NCBI GenBank assembly: GCA_024655865.1
Contig: JANLFM010000002.1
Location: 74,405-138,404, forward strand
Length of the DNA stretch: 64,000 nt
Source of the DNA: Caldisericota bacterium
GTDB taxonomy: Bacteria; Caldisericota; JANLFM01
Direction of reading: 5' to 3'
The position numbers and the translations under genes are program-made. The notes under the pieces are model-generated. The model had not been told where the DNA came from and did no database searches. It saw only the letters and a list, made by a program, of their open reading frames with translations. Positions 38,629-47,656 of the stretch are shown piece by piece (position 1 is the stretch's first letter; each line of letters starts with the position of its first letter).

Positions 38629-39942
38629 CCCGGCAAAGAAGGCAAAAGCGGTCTTGAAGCTGGACAAAAAAGCTCCCGGATTTTCTGAAACCTGAGCGCT
38701 GCCCAAAAAGAGGGAAAAGATAAAGGTCACGGTCATGAGGCTGAAGGATTGGCCCAAAAGCCTGCTTGTCCCCAGAACAGATGATGCTATCCCGTAATTC
38801 TCCTTCCTTATGGAGTTCATGACAGCGTTAGTGTTGGGAGCCGCGAAAAGGCCGAAGCCCAATCCCATCAAAGAAAGGTTTAATATCACAAGCCACAGCG
38901 GAGTTTCTTTCCCCATAAAGGAGAATACCAGCAAGGAAAGCCCAGAAAGGCCCATTCCCAGGGAGGCGATCAAGCGAGGCTCCAGTCGGTCGGAAAGTCG
39001 GCCTGAAATGGGAGAAAAGAGTGCCTGGATCAGGGGCTGAGAAACCATGATTAAGCCCGAGATCTGGGGTGAAAACCCCTTCACCACCTGCAGGTAAAGG
39101 GAAAGGAGGACGGCCGTGGAATTCGTAGCAGCGTAATTGATTAAAGCAGCAAGGTTGGAAAAAGCAAAGGCAATATTCCGGGAAAGCAGTTTTACGTCAA
39201 GCAAGGGCCATCTCGTGCGGGATTCCCTTAAAAGGAATAGGAGAAGGAGAATAACACCACCACAGGCGAGGAGAAGATATCTCCAATCCCGAGCGTTGGA
39301 GAGCCCCAGTACCAATAGAACAATGGAGATTCCATAGAGCAGGGATCCCCCTGCGTCGAACTTTTCCTCGACCAGAGGTCCGGGAATAGAGCCCTTGAGC
39401 CAGATGAGCTCGAGGATTAAAGAAACCGTTCCCACAAATGCCACAAAGAAAAAGATCGTCCTCCAGCCAAATTGAGTAAAAAATCCTCCCAGCACGGGCC
39501 CCAGGGAGAGCCCCAGGTAGATTGAAGCTGTGTTGATTCCCAGGGCTGCTCCCCGCTTTCCCGGAGGGAAAGCGGCAGAAAGCAGGGCGTTGTTGGAAGC
39601 GAAGATCATCGCCGCTCCTGCACCCTGGACCAGGCGCCCGGCCATCAGAAACCAGAAATTGCTGGCCAGGGCACAGAAGATAGCGGAAATGGAGTAAAGA
39701 GCGGTTCCCCAGACAAAAACGGGTTTCAGCCCCCTCATGTCTCCCCACCTGCCAAAGGGCAAGATAAAGGCTGCCGTGGAGAGGATAAAGCCGGTTACAA
39801 TCCATGTAAGAAGGGTAGCCGGGATTTGAAACTCCTTCTCAATGGAGGGCAGGGCTAAACTTAAGGCAGAAGCCATAAAGGCCGCAAGAAATGAGGTCAA
39901 TACGCACAAAATGAGGATCGCTCGTTCAGATTGTCTATTCAT
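38497..39942 (-). CDS. MFS transporter, DHA2-like (14 TM)
   Basis: LPSIEKEFQIP...GRWGDMRG and LVQGAGAAMIF motifs. Confidence 0.8.
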   Translation of the reverse strand: MNRQSERAILILCVLTSFLAAFMASALSLALPSIEKEFQIPATLLTWIVTGFILSTAAFILPFGRWGDMRGLKPVFVWGTALYSISAIFCALASNFWFLMAGRLVQGAGAAMIFASNNALLSAAFPPGKRGAALGINTASIYLGLSLGPVLGGFFTQFGWRTIFFFVAFVGTVSLILELIWLKGSIPGPLVEEKFDAGGSLLYGISIVLLVLGLSNARDWRYLLLACGGVILLLLFLLRESRTRWPLLDVKLLSRNIAFAFSNLAALINYAATNSTAVLLSLYLQVVKGFSPQISGLIMVSQPLIQALFSPISGRLSDRLEPRLIASLGMGLSGLSLLVFSFMGKETPLWLVILNLSLMGLGFGLFAAPNTNAVMNSIRKENYGIASSVLGTSRLLGQSFSLMTVTFIFSLFLGSAQVSENPGAFLSSFKTAFAFFAGLSIVGVFASLARGSIHSGSNSSTSPSQKPDHAQDEGEEESIQN

Positions 39943-39956
39943 AGAAATTTAAAATA

Positions 39957-41165
39957 TCAAAAGTGGCTGAGGTTTTTCAACCCCAAAATAACCGATATCT
40001 CCTTCAGTTCCTCGGAAAGGTCACCAGGAGTAATGACCAGATGATTGGCCAGAGGAAGGTGTTTGATAAACTCAGCTTCCGGAAGCTTCAAGCTAATTTG
40101 CGTGCGGCAGAGGTTTTCCTTTCTTTGCCAGGGCAAAGTTTGAGCGGAGGAGAAAAAAATACCTTCCAGGGATGGGGCGATTTTACATAAGGTATAAGTG
40201 CCCTGAGTAATCACTCCTTCAAGAGCTACGCTTTTTCCGGATTCGAAATGAGGGGAAAGGGAGAAGTCACTCGTTAAGCCAGGAGCAACAGTACAATGGG
40301 CAAGCACGATCTGATCCCTGTCAATCCAGGCCAGGTTCGCCATGAACGAGGGCCTTCCGGAAAGGGCAGAAAGGAGGAGCAAGGTAAGGAGGGAGGGCAA
40401 ATCTCCTTCACAGGCAGCTGGAACCCCGGAGTTGTTCAAGTTGGCCAGAGCAAGGCAACCAGTTTGCCCGGTCTGGCCAAGAAGGTCGAAGCAGGAGAGC
40501 GCGATCCCGGAGTAGTTTTCCTTTTTCGCCAATTTCTCGATCACGGCGCTCAACCTGAGCACTTTAGGAAGACATCCTTTCTCAACGCCCTTCCAGGGAC
40601 GTGTCAAGTAAATCCCCATATCCTGAACGGGTTCGGATTCGTTCCAGGATTGAATCAACCATTCAAGGGCGACCCTTTCCACGGAAATATTCCATTTCTG
40701 GCGCAATTTCTCCTCATCCAGGTGGCTTCCCACAAGCCAGGAGGCAGGTTCTCCAATCAGGGCCAGGCGGGCCGAAAGGAATTTGCTCAGGGCTTCCCTT
40801 ACCTTTACCTTTAAGGGGATCAACTTTTTCAACTCCTCGATCGTTACAATCTGCACTCTCTTTTTGCTCGCTTCGAGATAAGTGCGGAGCTCCAGGGCTG
40901 CAGGAAGAGAATTCATGGCCGGGTGGACTAAAAGGATGTATTCTCGAGCCTCGATTGCGGCCCCCATTTTTTCCGTGCCTCCCGTGATAAGGAAAAGAAT
41001 TACAGGACTATCAAAAGAAAGCTTATCTTGAGGATCAACGAGCAGGGGGAAGAAATTTAAAAAATGAAGTTCCTCCCCAAGCTGAAATCGCACCCTGCTT
41101 ATAATTTCCGCTATGGTCCGCTCGTTGCCTAAAGGAGACGCTAAAGGGATTAAGGGGAACTTCAT
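39957..41165 (-). CDS. L-arabinose/L-fucose isomerase-fold family protein
   Basis: AACEGDLPSLLTLLLL...SFMANL...LAHCTVAPG resembles AraA EGDWKTAALLRIM...SFME...GSHMLEV region. 4-nt overlap with the upstream HD-GYP gene. Confidence 0.5.
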   Translation of the reverse strand: MKFPLIPLASPLGNERTIAEIISRVRFQLGEELHFLNFFPLLVDPQDKLSFDSPVILFLITGGTEKMGAAIEAREYILLVHPAMNSLPAALELRTYLEASKKRVQIVTIEELKKLIPLKVKVREALSKFLSARLALIGEPASWLVGSHLDEEKLRQKWNISVERVALEWLIQSWNESEPVQDMGIYLTRPWKGVEKGCLPKVLRLSAVIEKLAKKENYSGIALSCFDLLGQTGQTGCLALANLNNSGVPAACEGDLPSLLTLLLLSALSGRPSFMANLAWIDRDQIVLAHCTVAPGLTSDFSLSPHFESGKSVALEGVITQGTYTLCKIAPSLEGIFFSSAQTLPWQRKENLCRTQISLKLPEAEFIKHLPLANHLVITPGDLSEELKEISVILGLKNLSHF

Positions 41166-42709
41166 TTTTCCTCCTCAAAAGCAAAAAGCGAGAGGAAGAG
41201 CTCCACTACCCTGGGGTCGAACTGGGTGCCGGCGTTCTTCTTCAACTCGTAGACCGCCACCTCTCGGGGTAAGCTATCCCGATAAGGTCTTTTTTCTCTC
41301 ATCGCGGAATAGGCATCCACAACCGTTAAAATCCTCACAGGCACGGGAATTTCGTAATCTTTGAGTCCATCAGGATAACCCTTCCCGTCCCAGCGCTCGT
41401 GGTGCCAGCGAACAAATTTGGCGACATTTGCCAGGCCAGGGATGCTAGAGATAATGCGCTCTCCGATTATCGAGTGTTGCTTCATGATCTGCCATTCCTC
41501 GGGAGTAAGCCTGTCCGGCTTACGGAGCACGGAATCGGGAATACCAACTTTACCGATGTCGTGGAGCACGGCAGCGTATTGAAGGTCCTCCAGCTCCTCT
41601 GAGGAAAGTCCCATCAGGGAACCGATCTTCCGGGTGATCTCCTGCACGTCCTTGAGGTGGGTTCCTGTATAGCTGTCCTTAGCTTCCACCGCTAGAGAGA
41701 GGCTGGTAATCGTGCCGAGAAGGGTGTTCCTCAGCTCTTCTTGCTTTGCCAGTGCTTCTTCGCGGGAGAGAAAAGCTTGAAGGGCAATAGCTGCTAAATG
41801 TCCCGCTATGGTGAGGAAGGAGATGTCCTCCCTTGTTAGTTCCGTTTTTTTCTGGAAATTTAGGTCAAGGACTCCCAGAAGAATGCCCTGGTAGACTAAG
41901 GGGATTCCAAAGTACGTCTTTACAAGAGCTCTGGCGTTTTCGGGGAACTTAATAAATCTCGGGTCACTGTTCACATCCGGAATATACAGGGGCATACGTT
42001 CCAGAGCAGCGTGGCCCGCTCCTCCCTCGCCAATGCGGAAGTCCTTCTGTAACCCAAACCAGTTAGGTGGCCCCTTTGCCGCCCTGATTTTGAGCACGTC
42101 TCCCTCCAGTACCCGGAGGGCCACAAAGGCCTCGGGATACAGGTAGGAGAGAATTTTAAGAATGGCGGAGAGCGCTTCCTCTAGGGACGGGGAGGAAATA
42201 ATCTTTTCACTCAAGTTAAGCATTACATCGGGCAAACCGTTCCCGCTCTCCCCCGTTCTTGCGTTATGACAGAAGAGGAATTGGGAAAGAAGGGAGGACA
42301 GAGCTTTAAAGTTTCTCTTCTGGGCCGCAGTAAAATGGAGGTTGTTCCGAGAAAAGGCAATTATCACTCCCTGTGGCCTGTTCACGCGAATAGGAGCAGC
42401 ATAGGCATAGCTCCGGGGAAGGCCTGGAACCGCAAGGGCTTCGCGACTGGAAAAGATTTTTGTGGAATTCAGGGCCGTTTGCACGAATTTTTCCTGAATA
42501 AGGAAATCCATAGCCTCGGATTCCAGATTACCCATTGAACTGATGCCGTATTCCCACTTGCCACCCCCTTTGAGTAATATGACAACCGCTCTCGCATGAA
42601 GGAAGGGTTTGATAACGGCGCAGGCCCGGGAGAGGAATTTCTCGACATTTCCCTTTTCCAGAGCTCTTTTAAGAGAAGAAAAGATTTTAAGCTCGGGTTT
42701 TTCGCTCAC
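41162..42709 (-). CDS. HD-GYP c-di-GMP phosphodiesterase with N-terminal GAF sensor domains
   Basis: HD...HHERWDGKGYPDGL HD-GYP signature; N-terminal ~330 aa GAF-like. Confidence 0.8.
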   Translation of the reverse strand: MSEKPELKIFSSLKRALEKGNVEKFLSRACAVIKPFLHARAVVILLKGGGKWEYGISSMGNLESEAMDFLIQEKFVQTALNSTKIFSSREALAVPGLPRSYAYAAPIRVNRPQGVIIAFSRNNLHFTAAQKRNFKALSSLLSQFLFCHNARTGESGNGLPDVMLNLSEKIISSPSLEEALSAILKILSYLYPEAFVALRVLEGDVLKIRAAKGPPNWFGLQKDFRIGEGGAGHAALERMPLYIPDVNSDPRFIKFPENARALVKTYFGIPLVYQGILLGVLDLNFQKKTELTREDISFLTIAGHLAAIALQAFLSREEALAKQEELRNTLLGTITSLSLAVEAKDSYTGTHLKDVQEITRKIGSLMGLSSEELEDLQYAAVLHDIGKVGIPDSVLRKPDRLTPEEWQIMKQHSIIGERIISSIPGLANVAKFVRWHHERWDGKGYPDGLKDYEIPVPVRILTVVDAYSAMREKRPYRDSLPREVAVYELKKNAGTQFDPRVVELFLSLFAFEEEK

Positions 42710-42916
42710 CTTGTCCTTATTTTATCGGAATTTCCAACTTTTTCTACAATTCTCTGTGGAAATTTGAATTATTCAAGGAAGGAATAGACGGGCGATTCTT
42801 GAGGCAATCTTTTCTCCAGAGCCCCTTTCTCTCACAGAAAATCGAGGAGCAAAAGGATTAGATCTTCATGGGTACCATGTCGGGATAAACGTTCTGCTAT
42901 CATTCTATAGGCGGAT

Positions 42917-44644
42917 ATGAGGAAACCACCGGGAGAGAAATTTTTATGGCCTAAAAGATTGAGGCCTGAAATCAGGCTTCATCCTTCTTTTATTGCTTTG
43001 TTCCTCCTTTTTTGGGTCGTGGCCCGAATCTATATCCCCATTATTTCCCCGAACTTCGAATCCAGAGAGGCCTGGCTACTTGCGTCTTTAATCACGCTTT
43101 TCTGTGCTATTTCTCTCGTTTTTCACCTTTATGCCCACAGAGGCATGGAGCGGCTTCTAAAGGTAAAGAATGGAACCCGGGCAGCTTTAGGTTTTCTGGG
43201 TGATCTCGCTCAGGAAAGGTCTTGGAGCACTTCAGCAGGAAAAGAGTTTTTAATCTCGGCAAGCGGTCCCATCCTCCACGGCATGCTCGCTTTAGTTTCT
43301 TACTTTTTATGGAACGCTCAGTTCGGCCCGGCATGGAACGCCGCGACCTCCTTCTTGATTATTTTTAACCTCTTCCTTGGGGCTCTGAACATGGCACCCT
43401 TTTACCCTTTCGATGGGGGGAGAATTTTCCTGGCCCTTCTTCCCCCAGTTTCCGAGAGGAAAATGTCCCTTTTAGGAAGGGGGGCATCCCTCGCTTTATT
43501 CGCGTGGGGTTTATTCCTCTTTTTCCAGGGAATCCAGTACGGCCGGGAATCCGGATCATTCACAATGCTCCTTGCCCTCTTGATCTTCTGGGAATCCCAG
43601 GGAACTTTTAATCTTCCTCCCGGCTGGAAAAGGGTATCAAGGTTTAAGTTCTTGAACGTGGCCCTTTCCCTTATCCTTGTCCCCCTGATGCTTCTTTCTT
43701 TTCTCTCCTTCCTTCCCCTTGCTTCCGGGATCGAGGCCCCAGGAACAGCGCTCCAGGTAGAGGGAATGATTAAATTGCCCTCTGAGTTTATTCATCCTCC
43801 TCAGGGCCATTTTCTTTTGACTTCGGTTTTTTCCCAGACCCCAATAATTTTCGCGGAGTGGCTCTATGCAAATTTCGATCCCGGCGTGGAGATCGTCCCT
43901 CCGGAGCGCGTGATTCCCCCGGTGGTCACTGCCGAAGAATGGATGAGGATGAATTACATGAACCTTGAGGAAAGTAAGGCCAACGCCATCTATGTGGCTC
44001 TGACCCTTGCCGGTTACCACCCGACCCTTGAAGGACAAGGGGCAAGGGTCGTTTCTATAAATGAGGAGAGCCCGGCGAAAGGGGTGCTTCAGAGAGGGGA
44101 CATCATCATCCAGGCAAACGGGATAAAAATTGAGCAGGCACAGGATTTAAAAGAAGTGATCAGTTCCTCAAACCCTCAGGAAAAAATTAAGCTCACGGTA
44201 AAAAGGAATAACGAAGTCCTCTTCCTGGAAACTTCCCTGATCAAGCCGGAAAAACCCGATGAGAAGCCTTATCTGGGTATTACCGTGGAAAGTGCAGAGA
44301 TGGTGCTTGAAACTCCTATTCCGGTTAAGATTGCCCCTCAAAAAATAGTGGGCGGCCCCTCCGCGGGATTGATGTTCTCCCTTTCCCTTTATAACCTCCT
44401 CATTCCCGCTGATCTCACAGGGGGGAGGCTAATCGCCGGGACCGGAACCATTGACCGAGAAGGAAAGGTAGGTCCCGTCGGAGGAGTAGAAATGAAAGTG
44501 AGGGCAGCAGAAAGAGCAGGAGCGGAGTACTTCCTCTCACCTGAGGAAAATTACCAGGATGCTCTGAAGGCTGCATCAAAAATTAAGGTAATCAAAGTAA
44601 AGACCATTCAGGAGGCCATCGTCTTCCTGAAATCCTCAAATTAG
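42917..44644 (+). CDS. Membrane PDZ-domain Lon-like (S16) protease with N-terminal M50/site-2-protease-like domain (HExxH replaced by HLYAH)
   Basis: GALNMAPFYPFDGGRIF (S2P NxxPxxxDGG motif), PDZ (GARVVSINEESPAKGVLQRGDIII), Lon C-terminal GGPSAGL catalytic Ser motif and downstream Lys. Confidence 0.65.
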   Translation: MRKPPGEKFLWPKRLRPEIRLHPSFIALFLLFWVVARIYIPIISPNFESREAWLLASLITLFCAISLVFHLYAHRGMERLLKVKNGTRAALGFLGDLAQERSWSTSAGKEFLISASGPILHGMLALVSYFLWNAQFGPAWNAATSFLIIFNLFLGALNMAPFYPFDGGRIFLALLPPVSERKMSLLGRGASLALFAWGLFLFFQGIQYGRESGSFTMLLALLIFWESQGTFNLPPGWKRVSRFKFLNVALSLILVPLMLLSFLSFLPLASGIEAPGTALQVEGMIKLPSEFIHPPQGHFLLTSVFSQTPIIFAEWLYANFDPGVEIVPPERVIPPVVTAEEWMRMNYMNLEESKANAIYVALTLAGYHPTLEGQGARVVSINEESPAKGVLQRGDIIIQANGIKIEQAQDLKEVISSSNPQEKIKLTVKRNNEVLFLETSLIKPEKPDEKPYLGITVESAEMVLETPIPVKIAPQKIVGGPSAGLMFSLSLYNLLIPADLTGGRLIAGTGTIDREGKVGPVGGVEMKVRAAERAGAEYFLSPEENYQDALKAASKIKVIKVKTIQEAIVFLKSSN

Positions 44645-44649
44645 GGTGG

Positions 44650-45516
44650 TCAGGAGGAGCTTTTCTTTTTCTCTGAGCGAGAATAGTCCACCGCGGCCCT
44701 GGCTAGTTTGACTGCGATACTCCCTCCAGGAACGATCATCCCTAAGGCATCCGCTCCCAGGTCGAAAAGCAGATCCTTCTTCAAGACGGCCTTAACTGCC
44801 TGTTTGAAGGTTCTACCACCGGTTCTCATTTCCCCAGTGAGGCCATCGAATTCCGCCACTCCCTGGCGCTCCTTGGGAATCCAGTGATATTCAAAAGCGT
44901 AAACCGGTCTGTAGTAAAGCTCGATCCTTGACAAGGTAATTTTCTCTTCATAAACTTTATCCGCCTGCAAGGGCTTCATCAGTTCCTGCAGCACCTGGCG
45001 TACTACGAAGGAAGCTCTGATTTCTGGCGGGATTACTACTCCCTGAAAGGGGTAATTTTCCAGATCCTCGATCTCCTCCAACCTGAACCTGAAAGCATAA
45101 GAATAATCACGCTTTTCTCCACTAATTCCATCAAAATAGGAAACCCCCTGATGCTCCTCCTTACATTGTTCAGTGCCGGGGACAATGATAACGCGACCCA
45201 GCTTCTTGTCCTCACAAGGCGTGAAGTTCAAATTAGCAATCGTGACGCTTTGAACCTCAGGACCGGAGATTTGTACCGGAAATTTGCGCAGGCGGTCATA
45301 AGCATAGCTCGTCCTAAATTCTATAAGCCAGAATGGCTCGTATCTTTTCTCTTCGTAGGTAATCTTGATATCCTCTCCCTTGGGGCGGCTGAGCAAGCTA
45401 GAAAGACCAGATGAGAAAACCCCTGCTTTCTTGTCCCAGGCGCGTTCCCTGGCCTGTTCCATGCTGAGAATCTCGGGAATTAGAAAAACTTTCTCTTCAG
45501 AAATAGTGATCTCCAT
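44650..45516 (-). CDS. Hypothetical protein, no recognisable domain
   Basis: 288-aa ORF with good RBS (GAGGGGA); monocistronic with 375-nt upstream noncoding region. Confidence 0.45.
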   Translation of the reverse strand: MEITISEEKVFLIPEILSMEQARERAWDKKAGVFSSGLSSLLSRPKGEDIKITYEEKRYEPFWLIEFRTSYAYDRLRKFPVQISGPEVQSVTIANLNFTPCEDKKLGRVIIVPGTEQCKEEHQGVSYFDGISGEKRDYSYAFRFRLEEIEDLENYPFQGVVIPPEIRASFVVRQVLQELMKPLQADKVYEEKITLSRIELYYRPVYAFEYHWIPKERQGVAEFDGLTGEMRTGGRTFKQAVKAVLKKDLLFDLGADALGMIVPGGSIAVKLARAAVDYSRSEKKKSSS

Positions 45517-45891
45517 GTTTCCCCTCGTTTTTTCTAGATTTTACTACTAAATGAGGTTCTGAACGCTTCCGTAACAAAAATCTTTGTGAAATCGGGGGCA
45601 AGTTTGGGCGGAATCTCCATCCGGCTCAAAAAGGTTTTAAGGCCCATTTTGCACCTTATATCCAGAAGCTCAACTGGAGAGCAGAAACTGGCTTTCTCAA
45701 TAATGCAAGCTACGTCTCCGATCTTTCTTTAAATTTACAAAATTATAAAAGGAGAGAGGAAGGCACCAGCGCAAAAGAAAGGAATAAATGGGCAATGGAA
45801 GGATAGGCAGGGGAAATTTTTTCCAAAACTTAACAATAATTTGCTAAAATACCCCTTTTCTTAATATGATTTTTAAAAAAGGAGAACAGCC

Positions 45892-46698
45892 ATGTCTCTT
45901 AGATACAGAGAAAACATCTTATGGGGAGTTTTTTTCTTAGTCATCGGTTTTTTTCTTCTTTTAGATAGATTGGGTGTTTTTGGAACAGTAGAATTTCCGC
46001 TTTCATCCATTATTTTTCTGGCCTTCACCCTTGCCTTTCTCGGCCTTTATTTTTTCAAGGAGCGCTCCTGGCCAATGCTTGTCCCCACTTTCGTGTTCTT
46101 AGGGCTAACCCTGCTCACTTTGAACGGATCCCGGGGATGGTTTCCGGGAGAGGTGGGTGCAGGGGCTCTGCTTATCTGCATCAGCATCCCCTTTCTGATC
46201 GCCTTTTTCCAGAAGACCTGGAACTGGGGGGTACTGATCCCGGGAGGAATCCTTTTCTTTGTGGGAGTTGCGGTAGCGCTCTCGGCCTATCTTCATTCTT
46301 CCTTCGTGCCCGCTATCATCCTCTGGGGGATAGGGATCTCTTTCTTCTTTGTTTTTCTGGCCAAAAATTCCAATTGGTGGGCGATAATTCCCGGAGGGAT
46401 TTTGTCGACTGTGGGGTTTCTTCCTCCTTTAACCGCCTTTTGGGGAGTAACTTCTGCAGGATGGGTGGGCGGTTTAGTGTGCGCTGGTTTTGCGGCCACA
46501 TTTGGTCTGGTTTACCTCGTAGACCCCAAATGGCAAACGCGCTGGGCCCTTTATCCCTTCGGCTTCCTGCTCTTTTTAGCCTTATGTTTCGTCTTCTTCG
46601 GAGAACTGGCCGCCAAATGGTGGCCCCTTCTTTTAATCGCCCTGGGCGTGTACCTTCTGGTTATCAATTTGCTGCGCTGGAGCAGGTCCAGAATTTAG
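45892..46698 (+). CDS. Polytopic membrane protein with internal (W)xIIPGGIL repeats, hypothetical
   Basis: 268 aa, ~8 TM, repeated GVLIPGGILFF / WAIIPGGILST segments. Confidence 0.45.
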   Translation: MSLRYRENILWGVFFLVIGFFLLLDRLGVFGTVEFPLSSIIFLAFTLAFLGLYFFKERSWPMLVPTFVFLGLTLLTLNGSRGWFPGEVGAGALLICISIPFLIAFFQKTWNWGVLIPGGILFFVGVAVALSAYLHSSFVPAIILWGIGISFFFVFLAKNSNWWAIIPGGILSTVGFLPPLTAFWGVTSAGWVGGLVCAGFAATFGLVYLVDPKWQTRWALYPFGFLLFLALCFVFFGELAAKWWPLLLIALGVYLLVINLLRWSRSRI

Positions 46699-46785
46699 CA
46701 ACTAATTGTTGCACAAATAAAAGTGAACCTTTTGGGCTCCATTGGCGTATGTAGATATAAGAAATAAAAAGGAGGGAGTCCAGAA

Positions 46786-47472
46786 ATGGCATTCAGGAAA
46801 ACGGTTTTCTTTTTAGCGCTTCCCGCCCTATTGGGAGCTATACTTCTTTTTTCACCGTTCCCAGGCTCTGCGCAAGACCGGGGCCTTGAGGAGCGTTCAA
46901 GTTTGGCTCAGACAGAAGGGAGTTCTACCTTAGGGGACACTTCTCAAATTCAGCCTCTTGCCCAGGAAATGGATACTCTTTCCCCAGATCAGGGAGAAAT
47001 CACGCCCCTCCTGAGCACGAACCCCTGCCAGGGCTGTCAAAATCTGGGGGAATGTGGCAATCCGGCAAGCCAGACTGTCTCAGGAACAGTTTTCGAGCAA
47101 TGCGAGCACGTTCGGGCAAGAGAAAGGGTGGCTACAGAGAACTGTGAACAAATCCAGATCAGGGAGAGGGTTACCCAGGAGAATCGGGCTCTTAAAGCCA
47201 CAGATACCCCCAGCACTCCGAAAGGTGTGCACGCGGCGATTGATCTCCCTGAAGAAACTGTGGAAGCACTGAGGAGTCAAGGTCTGGGATACGGAGAAAT
47301 AGTCATTATCCAGGAACTGGCGGAGCAGTCTGGAAAAACCGTGGACGAGATAGTTGCCCTTTTCCAGGAGGGCTATGGATGGGGAGAGACAGCTTCGCTC
47401 TTGGGAGTTGACTTCCACGGTATCGGAGAAATTGTCTCTCAAGGACAGAAAAGCACCCAACGCGGAAAGTAA
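46786..47472 (+). CDS. Secreted hypothetical protein with Cys-rich segment
   Basis: Signal peptide; CQGCQNLGECG...CEHV...CEQ cysteine cluster. Confidence 0.45.
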   Translation: MAFRKTVFFLALPALLGAILLFSPFPGSAQDRGLEERSSLAQTEGSSTLGDTSQIQPLAQEMDTLSPDQGEITPLLSTNPCQGCQNLGECGNPASQTVSGTVFEQCEHVRARERVATENCEQIQIRERVTQENRALKATDTPSTPKGVHAAIDLPEETVEALRSQGLGYGEIVIIQELAEQSGKTVDEIVALFQEGYGWGETASLLGVDFHGIGEIVSQGQKSTQRGK

Positions 47473-47495
47473 CTAATTTTTACGCTGAAAAAGAA

Positions 47496-47538
47496 AAAGC
47501 TCCGAATGGTATAAAAGCCCTCGGAGCTTTTCTTTTTC
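47496..47538 (+). terminator. Intrinsic terminator (AAAGCTCCGA...TCGGAGCTTT + TCTTTTT)
   Basis: 10-bp stem, 15-nt loop, T tract. Confidence 0.6.
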
Positions 47539-47589
47539 CGGAAATGAATTCCCCTTTTTATTTGTTTTAAAAAAAGCTAAAATAGCTTC

Positions 47590-47618
47590 CTTAGCACTCT
47601 CTTGACAGGAGTGCTAAG
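47590..47618. promoter_or_regulatory. Perfect 10-bp inverted repeat CTTAGCACTC-N9-GAGTGCTAAG overlapping a TTGACA -35 element; candidate repressor operator for the ABC operon
   Basis: Exact reverse-complement arms read directly from the sequence; 38 nt upstream of the ABC ATPase start. Confidence 0.55.
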
Positions 47619-47656
47619 ATTGAGAATTAAATGTTTGCTTCCGGGAGGTAGAAAAA

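Noticed and set aside
39197-39805. 202-aa minus-strand ORF, and 40296..40814 / 40601..40987 plus-strand ORFs
   Set aside because: Alternative-frame or antisense ORFs within the MFS and isomerase-like genes; Pro/Gly/Arg-rich.
46137-46754. 205-aa plus-strand ORF overlapping the IPGGIL-repeat membrane protein gene in another frame
   Set aside because: Arg/Gly-rich product in a shifted frame; the membrane-protein frame has the RBS and hydrophobic periodicity.
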